Source of the DNA: Desulfobacterales bacterium
GTDB taxonomy: Bacteria > Desulfobacterota > Desulfobacteria > Desulfobacterales > UBA2174
Length of the DNA: 64,000 nt
Assembly (NCBI GenBank): GCA_963668645.2
Contig: CAXXWC010000019.1
Span: 320,001 to 384,000 of the forward strand
Direction of reading: 5' to 3'
The notes under the pieces are model-generated. The model saw only the letters and a list, made by a program, of their open reading frames with translations. It did not search any database and had not been told where the DNA came from. Position 1 is the stretch's first letter. The number at the start of each line of letters is the position of its first letter. Shown piece by piece: positions 14,073 through 23,973 of the stretch. The position numbers and the translations under genes were made by a program.

Positions 14073-14957
14073 ATGCACCTCTATCGCAACTGGTTCCTGG
14101 CCAGCCGGCCCTGGTCCTTTTCCATGACCGCCATCTCGGTGAGCGTGGGCAGCGCCATGGCGGCCATCCAGGGTTCTTTTTCCTGGGCGCTCTATTTGCT
14201 GGCCCTGGTTTCGGCCGTCCTGCTGCATGTGGCCACCAACCTGATCAACGACTACTACGACGTAAAAAACGGCATCGACACCGTGGCCTCGGCCACGGCC
14301 CAGTACCGGCCCCACCCCTTGGTAGAAGGCAGGCTGCCGGCCCTCCAGGTCCGCAACGCGGCCTTCGGCCTCTTCGGCCTGGCGGCCCTGATCGGCATCT
14401 ATCTGACGGCCGTCTGCGGCCAGATGGTGCTCTGGATCGGGCTGGTGGGCCTGTTGGCCGGGCTGACCTACACAGCCCCGCCGCTAAAATACAAATACGT
14501 GGCCCTGGGAGAAATCTCGGTCTTTTTGATGTGGGGCCCCTTGATGGTCGAGGGGGCCTACTATGTCCAGTGCCGGTCTCTGGGCATGGACGCCTTCTGG
14601 GTCTCGCTGCCCTTCGGGATCCTGGTGGCCCTGGTGCTGCTGGCCAACAACATCCGTGACATCGACCTGGACCGCAGCCACCGCATCCGCACCCTGGCCA
14701 TCATGCTGGGCCGGCGCCACGGCCTGACGGCCTACCTGGGGCTCATGGTCCTGGCCTACCTCGGGATCCTGGCCCTGGCCGGCACCCTGACGCCCTGGGT
14801 CCTGCTGATCTTCCTGACCCTGCCCCTGGCCGCCAACCTGTTTCGTCAGATGCGCCACGCCATACCGGCGGATGCCGACGCGCGCACCGCCAAGCTGGAC
14901 ACCGCCTTCGGTCTTTTGCTGGTGGTCTCCCTGGTGATCGAAGGCCTGATCGGGTGA
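14073..14957 (+). CDS. menA: 1,4-dihydroxy-2-naphthoate prenyltransferase (UbiA family)
   Basis: ASRPWSF, NLINDYYDVKNGID, ANNIRDIDLD..RTLA. Confidence 0.85.
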   Translation: MHLYRNWFLASRPWSFSMTAISVSVGSAMAAIQGSFSWALYLLALVSAVLLHVATNLINDYYDVKNGIDTVASATAQYRPHPLVEGRLPALQVRNAAFGLFGLAALIGIYLTAVCGQMVLWIGLVGLLAGLTYTAPPLKYKYVALGEISVFLMWGPLMVEGAYYVQCRSLGMDAFWVSLPFGILVALVLLANNIRDIDLDRSHRIRTLAIMLGRRHGLTAYLGLMVLAYLGILALAGTLTPWVLLIFLTLPLAANLFRQMRHAIPADADARTAKLDTAFGLLLVVSLVIEGLIG

Positions 14958-15580
14958 GCCGGCCTGCCATACCTTCGACCCGCGTCTGGGCCACGGCCGG
15001 TCTTGCCGCCTGTTTCTGGTTTGCCACCTTCTACCTGAGCTTTTCGGTTTTCTGGATCAAAATCGGTTTTTCGGCCGCCTGCCTGGCCCTGATCGCCATC
15101 AGGCTCCAGCCGCAATTGGTCAAAAGCCTGCGCCCGGATTGCAAGGCTTTGATCCAGGGGGTGGTTTCGGCGGTGATCCTCTGGGGCATCTTCTGGTGCG
15201 GCAAGCAGGTCTCGACCCTGCTCTTTCCCTTCGCCGGCGGCCAGATCGGCGCCATCTACGGCAAGGGGGCCGGCTTTTCACGCTGGGGGGTTTTCTTCCT
15301 GCTGCTGCTGGTCACCGGTCCGGCCGAAGAGATCTACTGGCGCGGCTTCCTGCAGCAGAATCTCATGGCCCGCTACGGTGCGGTGCGCGGTTGGCTGGCC
15401 GCCACGGCGGTCTACGCCCTGGTGCACATCTGGTCGTTCAACTTCATGCTCATCGGCGCGGCGGCCGTGGCCGGGGCTTTCTGGGGGCTTTGCTACTGGC
15501 GCTGGGGCAGGCTGGCGCCGGTTGTCATCTCCCATTCACTCTGGAGCGCCTTCGTCTTTTCCGTAGTGCCGATTCCGTAA
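14954..15580 (+). CDS. CPBP/CAAX-family intramembrane metalloprotease
   Basis: AEEIYWRG, YALVH, ISHSLW. Confidence 0.85.
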   Translation: MSRPAIPSTRVWATAGLAACFWFATFYLSFSVFWIKIGFSAACLALIAIRLQPQLVKSLRPDCKALIQGVVSAVILWGIFWCGKQVSTLLFPFAGGQIGAIYGKGAGFSRWGVFFLLLLVTGPAEEIYWRGFLQQNLMARYGAVRGWLAATAVYALVHIWSFNFMLIGAAAVAGAFWGLCYWRWGRLAPVVISHSLWSAFVFSVVPIP

Positions 15581-15629
15581 ACCATCACAGACCGGAGCGC
15601 TAGGGTCCCACTCGGGGCCGCGTTTTTCG

Positions 15630-15663
15630 GGCGGTCGCGGGGTTGTCCCCGCGACCGCCGTTT
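15630..15663. terminator. Probable terminator between convergent genes
   Basis: GGCGGTCGCGGGG-ttgt-CCCCGCGACCGCC 13-bp stem. Confidence 0.6.
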
Positions 15664-15779
15664 CCTGTCGGCGCCCCTGCCGCTTCTTTCTTTCCGGCGG
15701 GCAACACTCACAGATCCGGTGATTCACTGGAAATTGCCGCACCACGGCCCATTGTCACGCCGGGCCGTTGCAGCAATTT

Positions 15780-16517
15780 TCAGCCCATCATCTCTTCGGG
15801 AATATCGGCGTTGGTATAAACCTTTTGCACGTCGTCATGGTCTTCGAGCAGATCCATGAGACGGACCATCTGTTCGGCTTCCTTGCCTTTGAGTTCGCAG
15901 GTGGTCGATGGCAGCATGGTCACCTCGGCTTCCACCGTGGGGATTTCGGCGGCATCGACGGCCGCCTTGACCGCCTCGAAATCCGCCGGCGCGCAGATCA
16001 CCTCGAAGCTGTCCTCGTCGTCGCGCACATCCTCGGCGCCCGCCTCCAGGACGATCTCCATGAGACGGTCCTCTTCCACGGCCGACTTTTCCACCGCCAG
16101 GTAGCCTTTTTTGTCGAAGAGATAGGCCACACACCCGCTGGCGCCCAGGTTTCCGCCGCACTTGGAAAAACCGTGCCGGATTTCGGCCACGGTGCGATTC
16201 TTGTTGTCGGTGAGCGATTCGACCATCACCGCGGCCCCACCCGGACCGTAGCCTTCGTAGACGATCTCCTCGTAGCTGACCCCTTCCAGTTCGCCGGTGC
16301 CCTTCTTGATGGCCCGCTCGATGTTATCCTTGGGCATGTTTTCGCTGCGCGCGTTGATCAGCGCCAGGCGCAAGCGCGGATTGGCGTTGATATCGCCGCC
16401 GCCCATGCGCGCCGCCACGGTAATCTCCTTGATCAGCTTGGTGAACGCCTTGCCGCGTTTGGCGTCTGCGGCAGCCTTCTTATGTTTGATGGTCGACCAC
16501 TTATTATGTCCGGACAT
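15780..16517 (-). CDS. yebC: YebC/PmpR family protein
   Basis: [38 protein letters not shown]. Confidence 0.96.
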   Translation of the reverse strand: MSGHNKWSTIKHKKAAADAKRGKAFTKLIKEITVAARMGGGDINANPRLRLALINARSENMPKDNIERAIKKGTGELEGVSYEEIVYEGYGPGGAAVMVESLTDNKNRTVAEIRHGFSKCGGNLGASGCVAYLFDKKGYLAVEKSAVEEDRLMEIVLEAGAEDVRDDEDSFEVICAPADFEAVKAAVDAAEIPTVEAEVTMLPSTTCELKGKEAEQMVRLMDLLEDHDDVQKVYTNADIPEEMMG

Positions 16518-16520
16518 CGA

Positions 16521-17132
16521 TCATGCCTCCTGTTTTTTGCCTTTGCCGATGACAAAGATTTCCTTGCTCGCCTTGCGGCTGCTTTGTGGTTTGAAAAGTC
16601 GTACCTCGCCGAAGACGGCCCGTACCTGATCGCCAAAGGCACCGGCGTCCTCGCCCTGGAATATCTTGCAAGCGAAAGATCCGCCGCTTTTCAGGTAGCG
16701 CCGGGCGGTCTCCAGGGCCGCGACCGCCAGGTTGAAAGAGCGGGCCGCGTCGGTATGCCGGTTTCCAGTGGTGGCCGGCGCCATATCGCTGAGCACCACA
16801 TCGAAGCCGGCCGCCAGCACTGCCTCGACTTCCGCGGCCGGCCGCTCCAGATCCCCCACCAGGGTTTGGACATGCTCCGGCAGGGCGATGGCCACCGGGT
16901 TGAGATCGATGCCCACCACCCGGCCGCCGGGACCGGTGAGCTGGGCGGCCAGTTTGAGCCATCCCCCCGGGGCGCAGCCCAGATCCAACACCCGGTCCCC
17001 AGAGCGGATCACCCGGTAGCGGCGCTGGATCTCCTCGAGCTTGTAGACCGAGCGGGCCGCATACCCCTCCTGGCGGGCCTTACGCGTGTAATGATCGGCC
17101 CAGCGGTTGGCCTTCGAAGTTCGCTCTCTCAT
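16521..17132 (-). CDS. rlmE: 23S rRNA Um2552 methyltransferase
   Basis: ARSVYKLEEI, DLGCAPGGW, VLSDMAP, KPQSSRKASKE. Confidence 0.94.
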   Translation of the reverse strand: MRERTSKANRWADHYTRKARQEGYAARSVYKLEEIQRRYRVIRSGDRVLDLGCAPGGWLKLAAQLTGPGGRVVGIDLNPVAIALPEHVQTLVGDLERPAAEVEAVLAAGFDVVLSDMAPATTGNRHTDAARSFNLAVAALETARRYLKSGGSFACKIFQGEDAGAFGDQVRAVFGEVRLFKPQSSRKASKEIFVIGKGKKQEA

Positions 17133-17167
17133 AGCCTCAACTACCTAAAAAGTCAAGAAATCCAAAA

Positions 17168-18538
17168 TCAAAAAAGCACCTCCATGGCCTTGGCGACCTG
17201 GGAGACGCCCACGATCTCAAGATCCGCAGACCGGGAACAGCGCTGGCAATTACCAGTGGGCAGCACGCAGCGGGTAAAGCCCATTTTGTGGGCCTCGTTA
17301 AGACGTGCCTCGACCTGGCCCACGGCGCGCACCTCCCCGGTGAGCCCCACCTCGCCGAACACCACGGTCTGCCCGGTAACCGGCTTGTCGAGAAAACTGG
17401 AGGCCACCGCGGCCACCAGGGCCAGATCCACCGCCGGTTCTTCGAGTTTGACCCCTCCGGCCACGTTGATAAAGACGTCGTGGCCCATCAGGGGGATCCC
17501 GAGCTTCTTTTCCAGCACCGCCACCAGCAGGGCCACCCGGTTGCGATCGACCCCCAGCACGGTGCGCCGCGGGGTACCCAGCGGGGTGGCGCTGACCAAA
17601 GCCTGTATCTCCACCAGGATCGGCCGGGTGCCTTCGATGGTGGCGGCCACCACCGAGCCGGGGGCCGAGACGGGCCGTTCGGCCAGAAAAACGGCCGAGG
17701 GGTTGGTCACCTGGCCCAGGCCGGCCTCGTTCATCTCGAAGACCCCGATCTCGTTGGTCGAGCCGAAACGATTTTTGACCGCCCGCAGGATGCGGTAGGA
17801 ATGGTTGCGGTCGCCCTCGAAGTACAGCACCGTATCGACCATGTGCTCGAGCAGGCGCGGCCCGGCGATGCTGCCGTCCTTGGTCACGTGGCCCACCAGA
17901 AATACCGGCACCCCGGAACGCTTGGCCATCAGCATCAGGCGCATGGCCGATTCGCGCACCTGGCTGACGCTGCCCGGGGCCGAAGTCAACTCGGCGCTGA
18001 ACATGGTCTGGATCGAATCGATCACCAGCACGTCGGGCCGGTGGGCCTCGACCATCCGGAGCACTCCGGCCACATCGATCTCCGAGACCACCAGCAGCTC
18101 GGAGGCCAGGGTCCCCAGGCGCTGGCTGCGGATGCGGATCTGGCGGATCGATTCTTCGCCCGAAACGTAGAGCACCGTGCGCCCGGCAGCCGCCAGGCCG
18201 TGCAGCGTCTGGAGCATGAGGGTCGACTTGCCGATTCCCGGGTCGCCGCCGATGAGCACCATCGATCCGGGCACCACCCCGCCGCCCAGCACCCGGTCAA
18301 GCTCGCCGATGCCGGTGGCCATTCTGAACTCGTCCGAGATCGGCACGGCATCGATGGGTACCGGGGCGTGGTTTGCGGTCCCTGCCGCGGCCAGACCCGG
18401 GCGGGCCGGGGCAGTCCGCACCACCTCTTCCACCAGGGTATCCCACTGGCCGCAGTCCGGGCATTTGCCCAGCCACTTGGGGCTGGAGTGCCCGCAATTC
18501 TGGCAGGTATAGATGGTCTTGTCCGGCTTTGGGGCCAT
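17168..18538 (-). CDS. radA: DNA repair protein RadA/Sms
   Basis: N-terminal CxxC..CxxC, GGDPGIGKST, KNRFG, Lon-like C-terminus. Confidence 0.97.
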   Translation of the reverse strand: MAPKPDKTIYTCQNCGHSSPKWLGKCPDCGQWDTLVEEVVRTAPARPGLAAAGTANHAPVPIDAVPISDEFRMATGIGELDRVLGGGVVPGSMVLIGGDPGIGKSTLMLQTLHGLAAAGRTVLYVSGEESIRQIRIRSQRLGTLASELLVVSEIDVAGVLRMVEAHRPDVLVIDSIQTMFSAELTSAPGSVSQVRESAMRLMLMAKRSGVPVFLVGHVTKDGSIAGPRLLEHMVDTVLYFEGDRNHSYRILRAVKNRFGSTNEIGVFEMNEAGLGQVTNPSAVFLAERPVSAPGSVVAATIEGTRPILVEIQALVSATPLGTPRRTVLGVDRNRVALLVAVLEKKLGIPLMGHDVFINVAGGVKLEEPAVDLALVAAVASSFLDKPVTGQTVVFGEVGLTGEVRAVGQVEARLNEAHKMGFTRCVLPTGNCQRCSRSADLEIVGVSQVAKAMEVLF

Positions 18539-18771
18539 AGGGTCGTCCTGAATCTATTTGTGGGTCACTCCATACCTTTTGAATCGATGCGGCATCCAAA
18601 CAGAAAAAATCCCTCTCTATGAAGCCATCGCAGAACTTTGACGGGGCCGTGCCGATTTCCCCGATGCGCATTGACAGCACGGTTCATAGCATGCCAAGTT
18701 GGCCCTGGCAAAGCCTCACGGCCCGTTGAAGACGACGGCGGGCGGGAATTTTCCAACCGGAGCACCGATCG

Positions 18772-19647
18772 ATGCGAAGATCGATATGGTTTTATGCAGC
18801 GCTATTCTTGCTGTTGATGTGGACGCCTCAAGGTGTGGCCTCGGGAGCCGTCAAAGGCCCGTTCACGGCCCTGGCCGGCCGGCTGGCGGCCGACGGGTTT
18901 TCCGCCGAACGCCTTCAGGCCCTTTACACCAGCCCTGAAGCGGCCTTCGACGCCAAGGGGGTCTCGCTCTTTTTCATCCACAACGAAGCGCGTATCGATT
19001 ACGACAAGTTCACCCGGCCGGAGCCCATCTCCCGGGCCAGAGCCTACATGGCCAGCCATGCCGCAGCCCTCAAAAGCGCGGCCCGCGCTTACGGGGTGGA
19101 CCGGGAAGTGATCGCGTCCATCCTGCTGGTGGAAACCCGGCTCGGCACCTTCACCGGCAAACGCTCCGTGTTCAACACCCTGTCGACCATGGCGGCCCTG
19201 GACGACCCGGGCCTGCGCCGCGACTTCTGGAACCGGATCGCCCCCGAGCGCCGTATCCGTGCCGATCAATTCGCCGCCAAGGCCGACGCCAAATCGACCT
19301 GGGCCTACCAGGAACTCAAGGCATTTTTACAGTATGCGGACCGGGAAGGGATCGACCCGCTGGCGGTGGGCGGATCTTATGCCGGGGCCATGGGCATCTG
19401 CCAGTTCATGCCCTCCAATGCCCTGCGCCTGGCGGTGGACGGGAACCGGGACGGCCGGGTGGACCTGTTCGACCATGCGGACGCCATCGCCTCGGTGGCC
19501 CGCTACCTCAAACATCACGGCTGGCGGCCGGGACTGGCGCGCCAGAAACGCTACCAGGTGATCCTGCGCTACAACTACAGCAAGTACTATGCGAATACCA
19601 TCTTGAAAATCGCGGACATCCTGGGGAAAAATCGCCGGTCTGAATAA
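18772..19647 (+). CDS. Lytic murein transglycosylase (MltB family)
   Basis: ILLVET, GSYAGAMGICQFMPS, DGNRDGRVDL, RYNYSKYY. Confidence 0.9.
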   Translation: MRRSIWFYAALFLLLMWTPQGVASGAVKGPFTALAGRLAADGFSAERLQALYTSPEAAFDAKGVSLFFIHNEARIDYDKFTRPEPISRARAYMASHAAALKSAARAYGVDREVIASILLVETRLGTFTGKRSVFNTLSTMAALDDPGLRRDFWNRIAPERRIRADQFAAKADAKSTWAYQELKAFLQYADREGIDPLAVGGSYAGAMGICQFMPSNALRLAVDGNRDGRVDLFDHADAIASVARYLKHHGWRPGLARQKRYQVILRYNYSKYYANTILKIADILGKNRRSE

Positions 19648-19710
19648 GGGACCGTTACGTCCTACGGCAGGACCGATCCTTCCGGCCGCGGCATGAATTC
19701 GTGAGGCGTT

Positions 19711-19914
19711 ATGGATCTCAAGCAGCTCGGCACCTTCCTGATACTGGTAGTGCCATTTTTTATCGGAACCATCTGGGCCGTCGTGGACAGCGCCCAGAAG
19801 GAGTTCGGCTCCCCGGGCCGCAAGGCCGCCTGGGTGGCGGTGGCCAGCATCCCCTTCGTGGGTTTTATCATCTATCTTCTCTTCGGCTTTCGCCGCGGCC
19901 GCAAAAACGACTGA
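19711..19914 (+). CDS. Small membrane protein (PLDc N-terminal domain)
   Basis: WAVVD...KAAWVAVASIPFVGFIIYLLFG; GAGG RBS. Confidence 0.75.
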   Translation: MDLKQLGTFLILVVPFFIGTIWAVVDSAQKEFGSPGRKAAWVAVASIPFVGFIIYLLFGFRRGRKND

Positions 19915-19985
19915 CCGAGGCTCTTGCGGCCCAGAAACAGAAATCTCTTGCCGGTTGCTGCTATTTCCTGCCGATCTGCCCAAAT

Positions 19986-20179
19986 GCAGATTCCTCCTCG
20001 CTGGCGCTCGTCGGAATGACGGTGGGAAAGGTGGCACTCCGGAATGATAGTGAGAAGAGTGGCTACACGCTCGTCTGAATGACAGCGGGAAACGTGGCAG
20101 CCCGTTCCCCTCCCCGTCTGTCATCCCGCACTCCTCCTCTTCCATTGTCATCCCAAGGAGTCTACGACGAGGGATCTGC
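19986..20179. repeat. REP/MITE-like composite repeat
   Basis: Ends GCAGATTCCTCCTCG / CGACGAGGGATCTGC are inverted (13/15); internal GAATGA(C/T) x3 and TGTCATCCC x2. Confidence 0.6.
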
Positions 20180-20283
20180 TGTTCCCCAAATAGGCAGGAA
20201 AAAGGCTGCCAAACAAAAAAGACCTTCCTCTTGATGAAGTCAGCGCAGGACGCTGGCAGGACCGTGGGCACCAATCATTTTGC

Positions 20284-20313
20284 TTGACAAGCAGCGGGCG
20301 AGTCGGCTATGAA
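20284..20313 (+). promoter_or_regulatory. sigma70-type promoter of tRNA-Glu
   Basis: TTGACA-18 bp-TATGAA just upstream of the tRNA. Confidence 0.55.
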
Positions 20314-20335
20314 AACCATCTTTTCATACCCTAGT

Positions 20336-20410
20336 GGTCCCATCGTCTAGTGGTTAGGACGCCGGCCTCTCACGCCGGTAACATGGGTTCGAATCCCATT
20401 GGGATCACCA
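20336..20410 (+). tRNA. tRNA-Glu (CTC)
   Basis: Acceptor GGTCCCA/TGGGATC-A-CCA, anticodon arm CCGGC-CTCTCAC-GCCGG, T arm GGTTCGAATCC. Confidence 0.96.
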
Positions 20411-20914
20411 ATTTCTCAATCCAAAATCGCCTTCAGCAACGCATCCCGAGCATCCGAATAGAATTGGACATCCACCTTCGTGGCCATGTCGTCGGAAAAA
20501 TCGAATAATTGGCAGTTATCACTTACCACCCTATCTGGGAAACTTCCGGCTTTGGGCAGGATTGGCCGGGAAATGGCGGGGATTCGTGGGATTACGGGTA
20601 GTTAGGCGGGGCACAAGCGTGCGGTTAGGCCGAAATCCAATCTCAGAAACTTTTCCCGGACAGCCGAATTTTCCACTTAATCTCAGAAATTTAAAAAACG
20701 GCCATTGATAGGACAACCTCCCGGTGGGGCGGTGGATTTCGTCAGGTGGTGGCGGAAAAGCCGGCAGATCGTTTCGGACTTTCGGGCCGAAAGCCCGAAA
20801 AAAGTCCGAAATGGGGAGTGAAAGCCCGAAATGGCCGATATGCGCTATGGTGGCGGGTGGTTAGGGATGATTTTGGGCCTTAGGTGGCTTTAAGAAAGTC
20901 CGAAACGAAATCCT

Positions 20915-21221
20915 TTAGTGCCACTCTGGTTTGGGGCGGTGGGCGTTTCCGATGGAGTGTTTTGCCCGAGACCTTTTCAGCCTGGCCCGCCTTTCGGCCT
21001 TAAATTTTTCGGCGATGGGTTCGGCGACTTTTTCCGGGTACTCTATGGCGATCATCCGCCAGTCCGAGATCCTATCGATCCTCACCAGGCGAGCGCTGGC
21101 CTTCTTGCGCCAGTATTCGTTCAAGAACGCCTGGTGCTGGCCGAGGACGGAAAAATCCAGGATGACCTTTTGCCGGTGGTTAATGCTCCAGCCAAAGGAA
21201 TATCTGCTGTTTCGGCTTCAT
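20915..21221 (-). pseudogene. Probable frameshifted small hypothetical gene
   Basis: ATG 21221 overlaps the upstream stop; MKPKQQIFLWLEH stops while a second frame continues NHRQKVILDF...NEYWRKK to 20915. Confidence 0.35.
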
Positions 21222-21466
21222 TGCACCCCCTGTGAGCCATTTTCGGTCCGATACCGCTCGCGCAGCTTGCGGATGAACGCCTCGAAGGCTGTGAGATCCT
21301 GCGGCCTATTCCTGTCCGCATCGCCTCGCACGTAGGCGAGAAAGCCCACGCGACAAACATCGACCTGGTCATCATCAGCGTTGGCCATCTCGATTCGGTC
21401 CTTGAGCTTCAGGGCCGAGATCATGGCCTCGGCCATTTCATCGATGGTGGCTTGGGTAGTTGCCAT
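21218..21466 (-). CDS. Hypothetical protein (phage-like)
   Basis: 82 aa ORF with GGAG RBS; no recognised motif. Confidence 0.5.
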   Translation of the reverse strand: MATTQATIDEMAEAMISALKLKDRIEMANADDDQVDVCRVGFLAYVRGDADRNRPQDLTAFEAFIRKLRERYRTENGSQGVQ

Positions 21467-21492
21467 ATCTCCATTTGGTGAGAAAAGATATC

Positions 21493-22565
21493 ACCCATGA
21501 TACTGAGTTCAAGGATTGGCGGCATCTGAACTTTTTCCAGCATGAGACCTACCTGCATGCCCGGGTGCCTCGGGCGGGGTGTTCGGATTGTGGCCCGCAC
21601 GTCGTCGATTTGCCCTGGGCGAGGCTTGGCAGCGGATTTACCCTGCTGTTCGAGGCATTTATCATGACGTTGGCCAAGCAGATGCCGGTCAACGCGATAG
21701 CCCGTCTGGTGGGCGAGCACGACACACGGTTATGGCGGATATTGAAGCATTACGTAGATGAGGCCCGAAAGCACTTAGACATGTCTGAAGTGCACCGTGC
21801 GGGAGTGGATGAGACCTCACGCAAAAAGCACCACCAGTATGTCAGTGTGGTGATGGATCTGGATCAATCGAGTGTGCTGTATGCCACGGAAGGCAAGGGA
21901 GCGGAGGTGATTGAATCGTTTGCCCAGGATCTGGAGGCTCACGGCGGGGATCGCAGCAACATCGAGGAGGTCTGCTGCGACATGTCACCGGCGTTTATCA
22001 GTGGAGTGAAACAGTATTTGCCTGAGGCGCAACTGACCTTTGACAAATTTCATGTCTTAAAAGTGATCAACGAAGCAGTGGATAAGGTACGGATCGAGGA
22101 ACAACGGCAACAGCCGGAATTGTTGAAGAAGAGCAAGTACATATGGTTGAAGAACCCTGATAACCTCAACGACCATCAGAAAGAGAGGTTAGCCTCGCTT
22201 CGGCTGAAAGATTTGAATTTAAAAACGGCCCGCGCCTATCATATCAGGCTGAATTTTCAAGATTTTTGGAAGCAATCGCCATTAGAGGCGGAATCGTTTT
22301 TAAAGCGCTGGTATTTTTGGGCGACCCACAGCCGATTGGAACCGATCAAGCAAGCCGCCTATACGATCAAACGACATTGGGATGGGGTATTGCGTTGGGC
22401 AACCTCAAGGATCAACAACGGAATACTGGAAGGGATTAACAGTCTCATTCAGGCTGCCAAGGCACGGGCTCGTGGCTATCGTTCAGCACGCAATTTCATT
22501 ACGATGATCTACATCATTGCGGGCAAGCTCGAATTTGATTTACCCACATGAAACAGCGAAGAGCC
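21493..22565 (+). mobile_element. 5'-truncated ISL3-family insertion sequence (transposase ends 22551)
   Basis: HDTEFKDWRHLNFFQHETYLHARVPR, GVDETS, CCDMS, FDKFHV, NNGILEGINS, ARGYRS; right end reads GGCTCTTCGCTGTTTCATG on the minus strand; N-terminus and left IR missing. Confidence 0.88.
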
Positions 22566-23973
22566 ATAAAAATATGCGGTTATAAATGTCGAGATAAAAC
22601 TTAAGATTGAGATCTATCGGGACTATCATGTTTAGCAAGAAAAGTAATATTAGTACGTAAAGCATAAACACCACAGCTCTAACATCTTTGTAAGTATTAA
22701 TTGCTTTTTCAAGTGGTTTGGTTACAAGTTCTTGGTATTCGTTTTCTTCTATAAAACCGTATAATCTTTTATGCCATTTTTCTCTGTTGAGTTTTGTAAT
22801 TTTTATAAATTTTGCGTTCGAATATAGCATTACGATTAGGCTAACGGAGACATATATAAGAATGATAGTTACAATAATTATTACGGCGCTATGGGAAAAA
22901 TTGGTGTCTTTTGGAGAGAACTTGATGACGGCTACTGCAAGTGCAATAATAAAATCTCTCCAAAGTGCGTTGGTAAGCTTTTGGACATTGTTATGAAAAC
23001 GATCAACATCATCTTGAAGAGTTTTCTTTAAGCCGACAAGTTGTGCGAAGTATTCTTTTGAAACACCTTTTAAGTGGAGGCTATATGCTTGTCTTGCATT
23101 TGTTAGTGCTGTTGTAATTTTGTCTTTATCTGGCCATAATGTGCTGTCATTCCACTCCAGTGATAAATGACAGTTTAGAAATGAATGTTTGCTTTCTGAC
23201 TCCTGTTTCGAAGAATAGAGCCATATTGCACAATCATGAACAACATCAAATGCATCATACCATGGGTTTTCGCTATCGGAATGAAATTCTATCTTTCGAA
23301 GACGATCTCCCTTGGAGCATGCGAATATAGCATCTCCTTGGGTTTCTATTTCGCTAGGTATCGCATAACATAATTTCCTGCACGATTTGACTTTCCATAG
23401 TTCGAGCACGTTTGATGAGTATTCAGGTGCATGATATAGTAACCATGGCCTCAAGTCATTTGGTATTTTTCCGGTTGCTGTCAGATCTCGGGTTATTTTA
23501 AGTGGATTGTCAAACCCAGACCATTCAGGGATTTTGTATGGAGCAGATTTTTCCCAAGGTAGGTACCATGCAGAATACGAAGCAAATGGATCAAAGTCAC
23601 AGCTTATAAATATGTTGTGTGCATCTTGTATGAAGGATGCATTAGTTAAAGCGATCTTTAAACCTTCTATAGTAAAAAAATAGTAGCTTCCATTTTTGTT
23701 GGGCTTGTTTATCGATAGCCATATTTTTTCATCCGCAATGTCTGATGCATCGAGATCACTGATATCGCAGTTACCCGATGTCGCCCCCACAACCAAGACG
23801 GCCCCGCCTCCTAATGCTGAAAGCGTTGTATTTAACTCCTTAAGTCGACGTAACGTATCGTTGTTATTTATTTTAGTTCCATTTATTTTCAAGCTGTTAT
23901 GGTCTTCAGAAAGGGATGCCCCTGAGACATCTGCTAACCTGGTGAATATTTCTTTGGCGTCATCTATAATCAT
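22540..23973 (-). CDS. Hypothetical protein with C-terminal coiled region and about 3 TM helices; last 8 codons IS-derived
   Basis: 477 aa AT-rich ORF; FIIALAVAVI, AVIIIVTIILIYVSVSLIVML, AVVFMLYVLILLFLLNMIV; 4-bp overlap with the upstream gene. Confidence 0.8.
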   Translation of the reverse strand: MIIDDAKEIFTRLADVSGASLSEDHNSLKINGTKINNNDTLRRLKELNTTLSALGGGAVLVVGATSGNCDISDLDASDIADEKIWLSINKPNKNGSYYFFTIEGLKIALTNASFIQDAHNIFISCDFDPFASYSAWYLPWEKSAPYKIPEWSGFDNPLKITRDLTATGKIPNDLRPWLLYHAPEYSSNVLELWKVKSCRKLCYAIPSEIETQGDAIFACSKGDRLRKIEFHSDSENPWYDAFDVVHDCAIWLYSSKQESESKHSFLNCHLSLEWNDSTLWPDKDKITTALTNARQAYSLHLKGVSKEYFAQLVGLKKTLQDDVDRFHNNVQKLTNALWRDFIIALAVAVIKFSPKDTNFSHSAVIIIVTIILIYVSVSLIVMLYSNAKFIKITKLNREKWHKRLYGFIEENEYQELVTKPLEKAINTYKDVRAVVFMLYVLILLFLLNMIVPIDLNLKFYLDIYNRIFLWLFAVSCG

